Assembly (NCBI GenBank): GCA_913055595.1
Contig: CAJXLD010000001.1
Coordinates: 1-43,707 of the forward strand
Direction of reading: 5' to 3'
Origin: an uncultured Altererythrobacter sp.
Lineage (GTDB): Bacteria > Pseudomonadota > Alphaproteobacteria > Sphingomonadales > Sphingomonadaceae
DNA: 43,707 bases
Shown here: positions 27,143-37,740 of the stretch, in pieces
Numbering within the stretch: position 1 is the stretch's first letter
Layout of the letters: every line of letters starts with the position of its first letter
Program-made: the position numbers and the translations under genes
The notes under the pieces: generated by a model
Databases searched by the model: none
Told to the model about the DNA's origin: nothing
What the model saw: only the letters and a program-made list of their open reading frames with translations

Positions 27143-28766
27143 CGGAAAAATCTCGCGGCGGGCCATTGGGCAGTCCCCACCAGGCCACGAGCAAGCCAAA
27201 GGCGACCACCACCCAAGTGTACCACAGGCCCGCATAGGCATTACCGCTCGTAGCGACGATATAGCCCGCAATAAGCGGGAGAAATCCCCCAAGGTAGCCC
27301 GCCCCGATATGATACGGGATCGACATGGAGCTGTAGCGGATGCGCGGCGGGAACATCTCGGTCAGCACGGCTGCCACCGATCCATATGTAAACGCGGCAA
27401 GACCGCCGAGCGCGAGCAACAATGCACAAATGCCGACGATATTGGCTATAGGCGGTGTCTGTCGTTCGAAACTGTACCCTGCATCTTCTAGCCAGCCTTG
27501 CACACTCACCCTGCGTGTCTCGTCGGTCAGTGCGTTGTAACCGAAGGACTCATTGCCAATGGTTATTGTTTGCGGATTGTAGTCAACACCGGTTGCCAGA
27601 CCACTCACCTCGTAGGAGACGCCCAGAGACGTCAGATCCTGCAGCAACTTGCCGCAATCACTGGCCTGTACCTCGGCGAAGGCATCGTAGCGGCAGTCCG
27701 CCCCTCGCACGACAATAGGCGCCCGCTCGGCGCTTTCATGAAGTCCTGGATTGGCAAGCGCACCCAGCCCCCAATAGATTGGAAACAGGAACACCAACGT
27801 CAGGCCTGCCCCCAGTAGAATGGGCAATTTGCGACCCACCTTGTCGGACCATTTGCCGACCCAAACATAGAATGCCATCGACACCAGTCCCGTTCCCAGC
27901 ATGATCGCTTCGCCGAGCCCCTCGTCCAGCTTCATCGGACCGCGCAGGAAGGAGAGGCTGGAAAAATAGGCAGTGTACCAGATGGTGGTCAGGATGCCGG
28001 TAACACCAAACAGTGCAACAAAGATGCGCTTGTGATTGCCTGGATAGGTGAAACTCTCCTTGAAGGGGTTCGCGGACATCTTGCCTTCTGCCTTCATCGC
28101 CTGGAACACCGGGCTTTCGGAAAGCTTCAGACGCATCCACAGGCTGATCAACAGCAATATGATGGAAAGCAGGAAGGGTATGCGCCATCCCCATGCGTTG
28201 AAGGCCTCTGCCGGAATGAGCAGGCGGCAAGAGATCACGACCAAGATCGACAGCACAAAGCCGCCCACAACGCTCGCCTGGATAAAGCTGGTGTAATAGC
28301 CACGCTTGTCAGCCGGGGCATGCTCGGCAACGTAGATCGCTGCCCCGCCATATTCACCCCCGAGCGCCAAGCCCTGCAGGATACGGAACAACAGAACGAT
28401 TGCCGGTGCCGCCAGACCGATACTGTCGGCACTGGGCACTAAACCTACACCCGCTGTGGCGATACCCATCAGCGTGACGGTGACCAAGAAGGTGTATTTC
28501 CGCCCCAACCTGTCTCCCAGGAATCCGAAAAGAATGGCGCCCAGGGGCCGAAAGCCGAAGCCGACAGCGAATCCGGCCCAGACCAGCAGCAGCGAGAGCG
28601 TCTCATTATCGGCCGGGAAGAAGGCCTGCGCGATCAAAGTGGCGAGCGTGCCGTAGATGAAGAAATCATACCCCTCGAAACCCGTCCCTGCCGATGATGC
28701 GGCGATGACGAGGCGGATTTCCTTTGCGCTGGGCTCGCGCCCGGCCAATTCACTGCTTGATGCCAT
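27129..28766 (-). CDS. MFS transporter (metabolite:H+ symporter family)
   Basis: YDFFIYG, GFLGDRLGRK, RILQGLALGGEYGG, WGWRIPF and EMFPPRIRY motifs. Confidence 0.9.
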   Translation of the reverse strand: MASSSELAGREPSAKEIRLVIAASSAGTGFEGYDFFIYGTLATLIAQAFFPADNETLSLLLVWAGFAVGFGFRPLGAILFGFLGDRLGRKYTFLVTVTLMGIATAGVGLVPSADSIGLAAPAIVLLFRILQGLALGGEYGGAAIYVAEHAPADKRGYYTSFIQASVVGGFVLSILVVISCRLLIPAEAFNAWGWRIPFLLSIILLLISLWMRLKLSESPVFQAMKAEGKMSANPFKESFTYPGNHKRIFVALFGVTGILTTIWYTAYFSSLSFLRGPMKLDEGLGEAIMLGTGLVSMAFYVWVGKWSDKVGRKLPILLGAGLTLVFLFPIYWGLGALANPGLHESAERAPIVVRGADCRYDAFAEVQASDCGKLLQDLTSLGVSYEVSGLATGVDYNPQTITIGNESFGYNALTDETRRVSVQGWLEDAGYSFERQTPPIANIVGICALLLALGGLAAFTYGSVAAVLTEMFPPRIRYSSMSIPYHIGAGYLGGFLPLIAGYIVATSGNAYAGLWYTWVVVAFGLLVAWWGLPNGPPRDFSDDLG

Positions 28767-28795
28767 GGGGTCCCCCGGAATGCGTGAGGGAATGC

Positions 28796-29227
28796 CTAGC
28801 TTGCGGCGGGCGCGCTGGAAAGTGCTGCAATAGCCGCCTTCCACGGGAGCATGATGGCCCCATGGCGTGCAGGATAGTCCCGCGCCTTCTCGAAAACCGC
28901 CAGGTCGGGCCAATCGGCGATGGGCGCTTCACCGTCGAGCCAGCCTTCAATCCTGTCATGCGCGGCAGTAAGAGCGGAGATTCCGCTACCTTTGGCGTGG
29001 CGAGCAAAAATCGCAGCAGCAGCCTGTCCGACAGCACAGGCGCGAACACGCATCCCCAAGGTTTCAATATTCCCTGAACCATCGAGGCCTATATCGAGCG
29101 CCAATGTGCTACCGCACGTGGCAGATCGCGCTTCTCCGTGCAGGGGCAGGTTTTCCACTGCAGGCCAGTTGGCCAGCTCGATAGTCAGCGCCATCAGTTC
29201 GGGTGTGTAGAGCTTCTCCGCACTCAT
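28796..29227 (-). CDS. IscU/NifU-N-like scaffold protein
   Basis: SATCGS, ACAVGQA and ARHGAIMLPW motifs. Confidence 0.75.
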   Translation of the reverse strand: MSAEKLYTPELMALTIELANWPAVENLPLHGEARSATCGSTLALDIGLDGSGNIETLGMRVRACAVGQAAAAIFARHAKGSGISALTAAHDRIEGWLDGEAPIADWPDLAVFEKARDYPARHGAIMLPWKAAIAALSSAPAAS

Positions 29228-29751
29228 GCGTCATCAACCTCTTCACCGCTTTCCATCAGGCGCTCATGACGTTCCTTGATCAACTGTACCATAAGCTCAG
29301 CACTGGCATTTATGAAGGTATAGCTGCGGGCCGACGTCATCCAGGAAGGGCGCCCATGTTCGCTCCATGCATTGTCATAGCCGAGAACCAGCAGGGAAAA
29401 TGCCATCACGGAAACCACAACACCTTTCACCGCACCGAATCCGAAACCCAGCACGCGATCGATTGGTCCGAGGATGGAGTTTCGTGTCGCCTTTCCAATG
29501 GTTCGCGCAATGATGCGCATGGCCACATAGGGGATCAACAACAGGATCGCGAAGGCAAGCAGCGATGCACCTACGGGCGTTCCCATGCGTTCAAATATGA
29601 GTGCGGTAAGGTCGGTGTGGAGGAAATAGATCGCCAGGATCGCCACACCCCAGGCCGCGAGCGAAAGAACCTCCTGCACGAAACCGCGCATGAAACCGCC
29701 AATGGCCGCTACACCGACGATAATCAGCACAACAATGTCGAACGCATTCAT
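29224..29751 (-). CDS. cvpA: CvpA-family membrane protein
   Basis: RGFVQEVLSLAAW and DRVLGFGFGAVKG motifs; downstream of radA. Confidence 0.88.
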   Translation of the reverse strand: MNAFDIVVLIIVGVAAIGGFMRGFVQEVLSLAAWGVAILAIYFLHTDLTALIFERMGTPVGASLLAFAILLLIPYVAMRIIARTIGKATRNSILGPIDRVLGFGFGAVKGVVVSVMAFSLLVLGYDNAWSEHGRPSWMTSARSYTFINASAELMVQLIKERHERLMESGEEVDDA

Positions 29752-29770
29752 AATGCGGTGGAACTTATTC

Positions 29771-31132
29771 CTATGCCATCACCCGGTCAACGAGAGCCGG
29801 CAGGCCTTTCAATCCCGAATAGGTCAGGCCTTCCGTGTCCTGCGAGGCCTCTGCCGGCCCTGTAGCGGCGGAAAATCCCAGTTTGACGGCTTCTTTCAAT
29901 CGTAGGCCGGTGTGGGAAACCGGGCGGACCTCACCCGACAGGGAAACTTCGCCAAACCAAATGGAGTGCAGTGGCAACGCCCTGTCCGCCAATGCCGAAA
30001 CCAGAGCGGCAGCGACGGCAAGATCGGCTGCCGGGTCAGCAAGCCGGTATCCTCCCGCGACGTTCAGATAGACCTCGGCAGAGGAAAAATTCAGTCCGCA
30101 TCGCGATTCCAGCACGGCGAGCAACATGGCCAGTCGACCATTGTCCCAGCCCACAACGGCACGGCGCGGCGTTGCACCTGATTGCAGGCGTACGATCAGT
30201 GCCTGGATCTCGACCAGCACCGGCCGTGTACCCTCCAACGCAGGGAAGACCGCGCTGCCCGCCAGTGGCTCCTCGCGACCGGACAGGAACAGCATGGATG
30301 GGTTGCTGACCTCTGCCAGGCCGTGTCCTTCCATGGCGAACACGCCGATCTCCTCCACCGCGCCGAAACGGTTCTTCAGCGCGCGCAGGATGCGGTATTG
30401 ATGGCTGCGCTCGCCTTCAAAGCTCATAACCACATCGACCATATGTTCCAGCACACGCGGCCCGGCGATATTACCGTCCTTGGTGACATGGCCGACCAGG
30501 ACCAGCGCGACACCATTCTCCTTTGCGTATCTGATCAGCTCGAAGGCGGAGGCGCGGACCTGGCTGACCGTTCCAGGGGCGCCTTCGATCATGTCCGAAT
30601 GCATGGTCTGGATCGAATCGATCACCAGCAAGGCGGGTGGTGCGCCCTCAGCAAGCGACGTCAGAATGTCGCGCACCGACGTCGCGGCGGCTAAGCGGAT
30701 CGGCGCATCGGCAAGGCCCAATCGCCGCGCCCGCATCCGCACCTGTCCGGTCGCTTCTTCTCCGCTGACATAGACAGCATCGTTCCCGGCCCGCGCAATG
30801 GCCGCAGCCGCTTGCAGGAGCAAGGTCGATTTGCCGATCCCGGGTTCACCACCCATCAGGATCGCACTTCCGGGGACGATTCCGCCGCCGAGTGCACGAT
30901 CGAATTCTTCCAGCCCGGTCTTGCGGCGTGTCAGCGCCTGCGTCGGTGCATCCAGCGCTTCAAACGCGATCGCACGCCCTCCGCTAGAGAGGTCATGCTT
31001 TGTGGCGAACTTGGTTTCGGGGACATCCTCCACCAGAGTGTTCCATTGAGAACAATCGGGGCATTGCCCCTGCCATCGGTTGGAGACACTGCCGCAATCG
31101 GCACAAACATAACGCTTTTTCGGTTTCGCCAT
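29771..31132 (-). CDS. radA: DNA repair protein RadA/Sms
   Basis: CxxC-CxxC zinc finger, GEPGIGKST, KNRFG and Lon-like C-terminal domain. Confidence 0.97.
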   Translation of the reverse strand: MAKPKKRYVCADCGSVSNRWQGQCPDCSQWNTLVEDVPETKFATKHDLSSGGRAIAFEALDAPTQALTRRKTGLEEFDRALGGGIVPGSAILMGGEPGIGKSTLLLQAAAAIARAGNDAVYVSGEEATGQVRMRARRLGLADAPIRLAAATSVRDILTSLAEGAPPALLVIDSIQTMHSDMIEGAPGTVSQVRASAFELIRYAKENGVALVLVGHVTKDGNIAGPRVLEHMVDVVMSFEGERSHQYRILRALKNRFGAVEEIGVFAMEGHGLAEVSNPSMLFLSGREEPLAGSAVFPALEGTRPVLVEIQALIVRLQSGATPRRAVVGWDNGRLAMLLAVLESRCGLNFSSAEVYLNVAGGYRLADPAADLAVAAALVSALADRALPLHSIWFGEVSLSGEVRPVSHTGLRLKEAVKLGFSAATGPAEASQDTEGLTYSGLKGLPALVDRVMA

Positions 31133-31148
31133 ACTGTGCGTTTATAGA

Positions 31149-31163
31149 GAACATAGCAAGAAC
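31149..31163. promoter_or_regulatory. Alphaproteobacterial LexA (SOS) box
   Basis: Exact GAAC-N7-GAAC (GAACATAGCAAGAAC) 16 nt upstream of the radA ATG. Confidence 0.8.
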
Positions 31164-31202
31164 GCAATTGCTATTCTCAAACTAGCGCGCCACAATCCAC
31201 AA

Positions 31203-33521
31203 ATGCGCCAGAAAGAACTTCGTATTGCCCTTGTCTGCTATGGCGGCGTGAGCCTGGCGGTTTACATGCATGGCGTCACGAAGGAGATCTGGAAACTGGC
31301 CCGGGCGAGCAGCGCTTTCCATGCCGGCGAACCCAGCGCGAACGGTAGCGAAGGCCTTTATCGCGAGCTACTCGAGCAGATTGAGAGGGAGCAGGATTTA
31401 AAGCTCCGCGTCTTGCCCGACGTTGTAACCGGAGCAAGTGCGGGAGGAATCAACGCCGTTTTTCTGGCACAGGCCGTACATTCCGGCCAGTCGCTCGAGC
31501 CATTGACCAACCTTTGGCTCGAAACAGCAGATGTCGATAGGCTGCTCGATCCCGAAGCCCGACTTTGGACACGCGTGGCCAAATTCTGGGCGCCACCCGT
31601 GGTTGAGTTCCTGCTTTCGCGTAAAGGGAACGTGGTTTCCGAAAGCGTCGCCCCTGAAATGCGCCGCCAGGTGCGTGCCAAGCTTGCCCGTTTCGTGCGC
31701 AGTCGCTGGTTCCAGCCACCTTTCTCCGGAATCGGGTTTTCTGCTTTGCTGGCGGATGCCTTCAAAGCAATGGCAGAAAGCGAAACAGGTGAGCCCCTGC
31801 TGCCTCCGAACCACCCCCTGGACCTGTCCGTGACAGCCACCGATTTCCATGGCCATTTGCAAACCCTGCGCCTCAATAGCCCCGAACTGGTGGAGGAGAG
31901 CGAACACCGCCTGCCCATCGGGTTCCGTTCGCGAACCCCGGCCAATAGCGGAAAAGACCTGGCACATTTGCTGGAACTAACCCTGGCCGCCCGCTCAACC
32001 GCCAGCTTTCCCGGAGCATTTCCTCCCTTGAAATTGGGGGAGATCGATCGCCTGGCGAATTTGCGTGACATGGAATGGCCATCACGCAACGAATTCATGA
32101 CCCGCATCATGCCCGATCACATGCGTGAGCACGATGTGGAAAACGTATCGCTGATCGATGGATCCGTGCTCGTGAACGCTCCTTTCTCGGAAGCCATGGA
32201 CGCGCTCAAGGGCCGCCCCGCCCAACGCGAGGTCGACAGGCGCTTCATCTATATCGATCCCACACCAGACAGACGGATACGCTCAGAAATGGCGCACCAG
32301 GATGTCGGTTTCTTCAAGGCGATCCTGGGATCGGTTTCCTCCATCCCTCGCGAACAGCCGATCCGGGACAATCTTGAGTTGATCCAGTCCATGTCACGCG
32401 AAGCAGACAAGATGCGCCATATCCTTGATGCGTTGCGCCCGGATGTCGAAAAGGCAGTCGACCGGATCTTCGGACGCACCTTCTTTCTCGACAAACCTAC
32501 GCCGAAACGCCTTTCCACCTGGCGCGCAAAGGCGCAGCAGGCAGCGGCAGAACAGGCGGGTTATGCATTTCACTCCTATGCCCAGGCGAAGTTTGCCGGA
32601 ATCATAGATCGCTCGGCACGGCTGATCTTTTCCCGACTGCCTGGCAAGGACATGCCGGATGCTTTTGCCATTGCGGACCGCCTGCGGCTCCATTTCGAAG
32701 GCAACGGACTGGGTCGCCTCTCCGACCCGAAAGGTGGAGCGAGCGAAGAGGCAATCGCCTTTTTCCGCACGCATGATATCGGATTTCGCATCCGGCGCCT
32801 GCGACTTCTTGCCCGGCGGCTTTCTCGTGAATGGGAAGCCGACCCCGAAATCGATGATGCAGACTGCGACGCCGGGCGAGACATGGTCTATCGCGCGCTA
32901 GCGCTCTATTTCGACAAAGAAGCGGCAGCGTTGCTGGACGCGCAATTCGCCCAAGATATCGCCTCAGTCCTCTCCGATCCTGGAAGGGCGATGGAGGCAT
33001 TGGCTCGCCAGCGCGATCTGGTTGCGCTGGACCGCCAGGTGGAGGCGATGCTGGCAGAATCCCTGCAAGCCATGCCCAAGCCGCTAAGGCGCAAGATCCT
33101 GTTCGCCTATTTGGGCTTCCCCTTCTATGACGTCGCCACTCTGCCGTTGCTACGCAATGAAGGCCTGACAGAATTCGATCCGATCAAGGTGGATCGAATA
33201 TCCCCGGATGATGCGACTTCAATTCGTGAAGGAGGCACAGCTGCTACATTGCGCGGGATCGAGTTCTATAATTTCGGCGCTTTCTTCAGCCGCGCATATC
33301 GCGAAAACGACTATCTTTGGGGACGCCTCCATGGAGCAGAGCGAATGGTAGACCTGATCTGCTCGACATTGCCGGAACCAATCTCTGAAGAGCGCTGCAA
33401 GACCTACAAGCGCCGGCTGTTCCTCGCTATTCTGGACGAAGAGGAGGAGCGATTGACCGCCGATCCCCTTCTGGTGCCGACGATCAGGAAAGAGGCCGAG
33501 GAGATGCTCGGGTCTAGTTAG
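31203..33521 (+). CDS. Patatin-like protein (DUF3376-type C-terminus)
   Basis: YGGVSLAVYMHG, GASAGG nucleophile motif, DGS and RENDYLWGRLHGAER. Confidence 0.88.
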   Translation: MRQKELRIALVCYGGVSLAVYMHGVTKEIWKLARASSAFHAGEPSANGSEGLYRELLEQIEREQDLKLRVLPDVVTGASAGGINAVFLAQAVHSGQSLEPLTNLWLETADVDRLLDPEARLWTRVAKFWAPPVVEFLLSRKGNVVSESVAPEMRRQVRAKLARFVRSRWFQPPFSGIGFSALLADAFKAMAESETGEPLLPPNHPLDLSVTATDFHGHLQTLRLNSPELVEESEHRLPIGFRSRTPANSGKDLAHLLELTLAARSTASFPGAFPPLKLGEIDRLANLRDMEWPSRNEFMTRIMPDHMREHDVENVSLIDGSVLVNAPFSEAMDALKGRPAQREVDRRFIYIDPTPDRRIRSEMAHQDVGFFKAILGSVSSIPREQPIRDNLELIQSMSREADKMRHILDALRPDVEKAVDRIFGRTFFLDKPTPKRLSTWRAKAQQAAAEQAGYAFHSYAQAKFAGIIDRSARLIFSRLPGKDMPDAFAIADRLRLHFEGNGLGRLSDPKGGASEEAIAFFRTHDIGFRIRRLRLLARRLSREWEADPEIDDADCDAGRDMVYRALALYFDKEAAALLDAQFAQDIASVLSDPGRAMEALARQRDLVALDRQVEAMLAESLQAMPKPLRRKILFAYLGFPFYDVATLPLLRNEGLTEFDPIKVDRISPDDATSIREGGTAATLRGIEFYNFGAFFSRAYRENDYLWGRLHGAERMVDLICSTLPEPISEERCKTYKRRLFLAILDEEEERLTADPLLVPTIRKEAEEMLGSS

Positions 33522-34346
33522 CTCCTAACGCCGACATTTCCAGGCTCACCCAGACCAATCCCACGAACATCTCATCGCTGACGAAGGCCTGGCTTGTATC
33601 CATCATGCCGCTTACGGGCTTTGCTGCGATGATTTCCGACAGGGTTTTGCCGTCTGCCCGGAGCGCCTTGATACGATCGGTCGCTGATTTGACCACATCA
33701 TGGAAAGCCACTACGTCAGCCCGTGTCGCCAATTGTCCATGCCCGGGGATGACGATCGTTTGGTCATCCATCATGGCAATGGCCTGTTCCAGAGAAGCCA
33801 GCAGGTTATCGATATTGCCGCCCGAATCCACATCGGGAAATGGCCAGCCCTGATCGTGCATGAACAAGTCGCCCATATGCACGACATTCGCATTGCGCCA
33901 GCGCACGATGGCATCGCCATCGGTATGGCCGCCACCGGTGTGGATCACGTCGAGTACGTCGCCATTGAGATGGAAGGTCAGCCCATCCGAAAAAGTGATG
34001 ACGGGCAGTGCTTCGGGTGCGGCCGGAGCGGTCTCTGTCCCCATCACTATGCCGCCGGCAATCAGTCTTGGCCTGACATTTTCATGCGCCACAATGGTAG
34101 CACCGGCTTTACCGAAATCGGCATTCGCCAGAGCGTGATCCCAGTGCCAGTGTGTATCGACAACAAAGCGTGCGGGCTCGGCTCCCAGATCGGCAATATT
34201 CTGTTGAACCTGCGCAAATACCTGCGGCACCTGGTCATCTACCAGCAGCGTGCCGTCTTCCCCATAGCTCACGCCGATATTGCCACCGAACCCGATGATA
34301 ACGGCGATGCCGGCACAAACAATCCTGCCCTTGCCCATGCGCGCAT
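33514..34346 (-). pseudogene. MBL-fold hydrolase (cyclase-like) with 5' frameshift or truncation
   Basis: GGNIGVSYGEDG, THWHWDH, HTDGD and IPGHG in 33514-34338; the RBS-linked ATG at 34346 is out of frame and stops after 25 codons. Confidence 0.6.
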
Positions 34347-34416
34347 AATCACACCCTCCCTTTCGAATTGAACGGGATGCTAGCCTCGCACAGGCGTGCT
34401 GTCGATGTGCTTGATC

Positions 34417-35544
34417 CTAGTTGGAAAAGGCGTCTTTCAGTTTATCGAAAAATCCGCGACTCTCCGGGCATTCCTCACCCGTTTCGGTCTCGCGGAATTC
34501 GCACAGCAATTCCTTTTGCCGTGCCGACAGCTTGGTGGGCGTTTCGACAATCACTTCCACCACGAGATCGCCGCGACCACGCCCCTGAAGCACGGGCATG
34601 CCCGCGCCGCGCTTGCGCAATTGGCGGCCCGACTGGATGCCGCTGGGAATTTCGATCGAATGCGTTTCTCCATCGAGGCCCGGTATGTCTACCGTGCCGC
34701 CCAATGCAGCGGTAGTGAAGCTGATCGGCATGCGCGTGAATAGCGCGGTGCCCTCACGCTCGAACACCGGATGCTGGGAGATATGGATGAAGATGTAGAG
34801 ATCGCCGGCGGGCGCGCCCATCGGTCCGGCCTCGCCCTTCCCGGAAAGGCGGATGCGGGTGCCATTGTCAACGCCGGGAGGGACTTCGACTTCGAGGCGC
34901 TGGATCATGTCCACCCTGCCCTCGCCGCGGCAATCGCTGCAGGCCTGCTCCAGTACCTCTCCACGCCCCTGGCAAACGGGACAAGGCCGTTCGATCATGA
35001 ACAGCCCTTGTTGCGCGCGCACCTTTCCGTGACCGTGGCAGGTGTTGCACCCACGCTTGGATGTGCCCGGCTCCGCTCCGCTACCGCTACATGTCTCGCA
35101 GGCGGTTGCTACTTCAATCTCGATTTCGGACGATTTGCCGTGGAAAGCCTCTTCCAGGCTGACTTCCATGTCGTAACGAAGATCAGCACCGCGACGTGGC
35201 CGCGAACGACTGCTCCCGCCGCCGAATGCGCTGCCAAAGATCGTTTCGAAAATATCGCCCAGATCGCCGAAATCGGCTTGCGGGCCGCGTCCACCGCCAC
35301 CGGCCATTCCGCTGGTAAAAGCCTCATGGCCATAGCGGTCATAGGCAGCGCGCTTCTGCGGATCCTTAAGGCAGTCATAGGCGACGCTTATCGCCTTGAA
35401 GCGCGCTTCGGCCTCGGCATCGTCCGGATTGCGATCCGGATGGTATTTCATCGCCAGCTTGCGATAGGCGCGCTTGATCGTGTCGCCATCCGCATCGCGG
35501 CTGACTTCGAGAAGGGAATAGAAATCGACTTCGGTGGCAGGCAT
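34417..35544 (-). CDS. dnaJ: Chaperone DnaJ
   Basis: HPD J-domain, G/F region and four CxxCxGxG repeats. Confidence 0.97.
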   Translation of the reverse strand: MPATEVDFYSLLEVSRDADGDTIKRAYRKLAMKYHPDRNPDDAEAEARFKAISVAYDCLKDPQKRAAYDRYGHEAFTSGMAGGGGRGPQADFGDLGDIFETIFGSAFGGGSSRSRPRRGADLRYDMEVSLEEAFHGKSSEIEIEVATACETCSGSGAEPGTSKRGCNTCHGHGKVRAQQGLFMIERPCPVCQGRGEVLEQACSDCRGEGRVDMIQRLEVEVPPGVDNGTRIRLSGKGEAGPMGAPAGDLYIFIHISQHPVFEREGTALFTRMPISFTTAALGGTVDIPGLDGETHSIEIPSGIQSGRQLRKRGAGMPVLQGRGRGDLVVEVIVETPTKLSARQKELLCEFRETETGEECPESRGFFDKLKDAFSN

Positions 35545-35555
35545 CGGTCTCTCTT

Positions 35556-35596
35556 AAAAACTCACCGCCACCGGTGCAGTTGCAACGGCGGCGGTG
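35556..35596 (-). terminator. Hairpin/terminator between dnaK and dnaJ
   Basis: CACCGCC...GGCGGTG extended stem followed on the minus strand by AGTTTTT. Confidence 0.6.
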
Positions 35597-35615
35597 TCGT
35601 TTCGCATCAGGACAA

Positions 35616-37541
35616 TCAGCCCTTGTTGTCTTCGTCGACTTCCGAGAATTCAGCGTCGACCACTTCCTCATCATCGGAAGCGCTCTCGGCACTGTCATCT
35701 GCGGCGCCTTCCTGGGCTGCAGCCTGATCCTTTTCATAGATCTGCTGGCCCATCTTCATCGCCGCATCGGTCAGCGCCTGCGCCTTGGCGTTGATTTCGT
35801 CAACGTCATCGCCTTCGAGCGCGGTCTTGGCTTCTGCCAGAGCGGCCTCGACGGCAGATTTGGTGTCGGCATCGACCTTGTCGCCATTTTCTTCCAGCTG
35901 CTTTTCAGTGGCGTGCACCAGGCTGTCGGCCTGATTGCGCGCTTCGGCAGCAGCACGACGCTTCTTGTCTTCCTCGGCGAACTTCTCGGCATCCTGCACC
36001 ATCTGGTCGATGTCGGTGTCCGAAAGGCCGCCAGAGGCCTGGATCTTGATCTGCTGTTCCTTGCCCGTGCCCTTGTCCTTGGCGGACACGTTCACGATGC
36101 CATTGGCATCGATATCGAAGGTCACCTCGATCTGCGGAACGCCGCGCGGTGCAGCTGGAATGCCGACTAGGTCGAACTGGCCGAGCAGCTTGTTGTCCGC
36201 CGCCATTTCGCGCTCACCCTGGAACACGCGGATGGTCACCGCGTTCTGGTTGTCCTCGGCAGTCGAATAGGTCTGCGTCTTCTTGGTCGGGATCGTCGTG
36301 TTACGATCGATCATGCGGGTGAAGACACCGCCCAGCGTTTCGATACCCAGCGAAAGCGGGGTCACGTCGAGCAGCAGTACGTCCTTCACATCGCCCTGCA
36401 GAACACCGGCCTGGATGGCAGCACCCATGGCGACGACTTCATCGGGGTTAACCCCGGTATGCGGCTTGGCACCGAAGAATTCTTCCACCACTTCGCGAAC
36501 CTTGGGCATGCGGGTCATACCGCCGACGAGGATAACCTCGTCGATCTGGTCCTTCGATACGCCTGCATCTTCCAGCGCCTTCTTGCACGGATCGAGCGTG
36601 CGCTTGACCAGATTGCCGACCAGCTGCTCCAGCTTGGAGCGCGTCAGCGTTTCGACCAGGTGCAACGGGGTGGAGGAACCACCTTCCATACGTGCGGTGA
36701 TGAAGGGCAGGTTCACCTCGGTCTGCGCCGAGCTCGACAGCTCTATCTTCGCCTTCTCGGCGGCTTCTTTCAGGCGCTGCAGGGCCAGCTTGTCGGTCCG
36801 CAGGTCCATGTTTTCCTTCTTCTGGAATTCGTCTGCGAGATATTCGACAATCGCGCTGTCAAAGTCCTCACCACCCAAGAAGGTATCGCCGTTGGTCGAC
36901 TTCACTTCGAACACGCCATCGCCTATTTCCAGGACGGAGATGTCGAACGTACCGCCACCAAGGTCATAGACGGCGATGGTCTTGCCATCGTCCTTGTCCA
37001 TGCCATAGGCGAGCGCCGCCGCGGTCGGCTCGTTGATGATGCGAAGGACTTCAAGACCTGCGATCTGGCCGGCGTCCTTGGTCGCCTGGCGCTGCGCGTC
37101 ATTGAAGTAAGCAGGAACGGTGATGACGGCCTGCGTCACGGTCTCGCCAAGATAGCTCTCGGCGGTTTCCTTCATCTTCTGAAGGATGAAGGCGGAAATC
37201 TGGCTGGGCGAATAATCCTCGCCGCCCGCCTTGACCCAGGCGTCGCCATTCTTGCCCTTGACGATGTCATAGGGGACCAGTTCCATGTCCTTCTTGGTCA
37301 TGGGATCGTCGAAACGACGGCCGATCAGGCGCTTGATGGCGAACAGCGTATTGTCCGGATTGGTTACTGCCTGGCGTTTGGCAGGCTGGCCGATCAGGCG
37401 CTCGCTATCCTTGGTGAATGCGACAATGGAGGGCGTGGTCCGCGCACCTTCCGAATTCTCGATAACCTTGGGCTTGCCGCCGTCCATCACGGCGACGCAG
37501 GAGTTGGTCGTACCCAGGTCGATACCGATAACTTTGCTCAT
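35616..37541 (-). CDS. dnaK: Chaperone DnaK
   Basis: [25 protein letters not shown] and NPDEVVA motifs. Confidence 0.98.
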   Translation of the reverse strand: MSKVIGIDLGTTNSCVAVMDGGKPKVIENSEGARTTPSIVAFTKDSERLIGQPAKRQAVTNPDNTLFAIKRLIGRRFDDPMTKKDMELVPYDIVKGKNGDAWVKAGGEDYSPSQISAFILQKMKETAESYLGETVTQAVITVPAYFNDAQRQATKDAGQIAGLEVLRIINEPTAAALAYGMDKDDGKTIAVYDLGGGTFDISVLEIGDGVFEVKSTNGDTFLGGEDFDSAIVEYLADEFQKKENMDLRTDKLALQRLKEAAEKAKIELSSSAQTEVNLPFITARMEGGSSTPLHLVETLTRSKLEQLVGNLVKRTLDPCKKALEDAGVSKDQIDEVILVGGMTRMPKVREVVEEFFGAKPHTGVNPDEVVAMGAAIQAGVLQGDVKDVLLLDVTPLSLGIETLGGVFTRMIDRNTTIPTKKTQTYSTAEDNQNAVTIRVFQGEREMAADNKLLGQFDLVGIPAAPRGVPQIEVTFDIDANGIVNVSAKDKGTGKEQQIKIQASGGLSDTDIDQMVQDAEKFAEEDKKRRAAAEARNQADSLVHATEKQLEENGDKVDADTKSAVEAALAEAKTALEGDDVDEINAKAQALTDAAMKMGQQIYEKDQAAAQEGAADDSAESASDDEEVVDAEFSEVDEDNKG

Positions 37542-37642
37542 GGATTCCCCACTCTTTCCTTACATTGGACGCCGCACATCCGGTTCCCCGTCCCACGGCG
37601 AAACCATTCGGCGGCTCTAAAAAGAACTGTACTCGACCGGCG

Positions 37643-37670
37643 ATATAGGATTGGTTTTTGACCGAACAAG
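37643..37670 (-). promoter_or_regulatory. RpoH (sigma32) promoter of dnaK
   Basis: Minus strand CTTG-N17-CCTATAT, the alphaproteobacterial heat-shock consensus. Confidence 0.8.
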
Positions 37671-37740
37671 GGATGAGATGCGCTTGGCACAACTGATATG
37701 TGCGAATAGGCTGCCCGAGACGCTAAGGATGGGAGCTGGA

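Noticed and set aside
29980-29991. 12-nt match (CCCTGTCCGCCA) to the tRNA-Ser 3' end, as a possible attR
   Set aside because: It lies inside intact radA, the intervening genes are housekeeping and there is no integrase, so it is likely chance
31203-33521. Patatin as a CBASS-type effector
   Set aside because: No CD-NTase or other defence gene is adjacent, and the long DUF3376-type architecture differs from CapV
36283-37661. Long ORFs antisense to dnaK (400 aa and 228 aa)
   Set aside because: Antisense open frames are a well-known artefact of dnaK/hsp70 genes; no independent coding evidence
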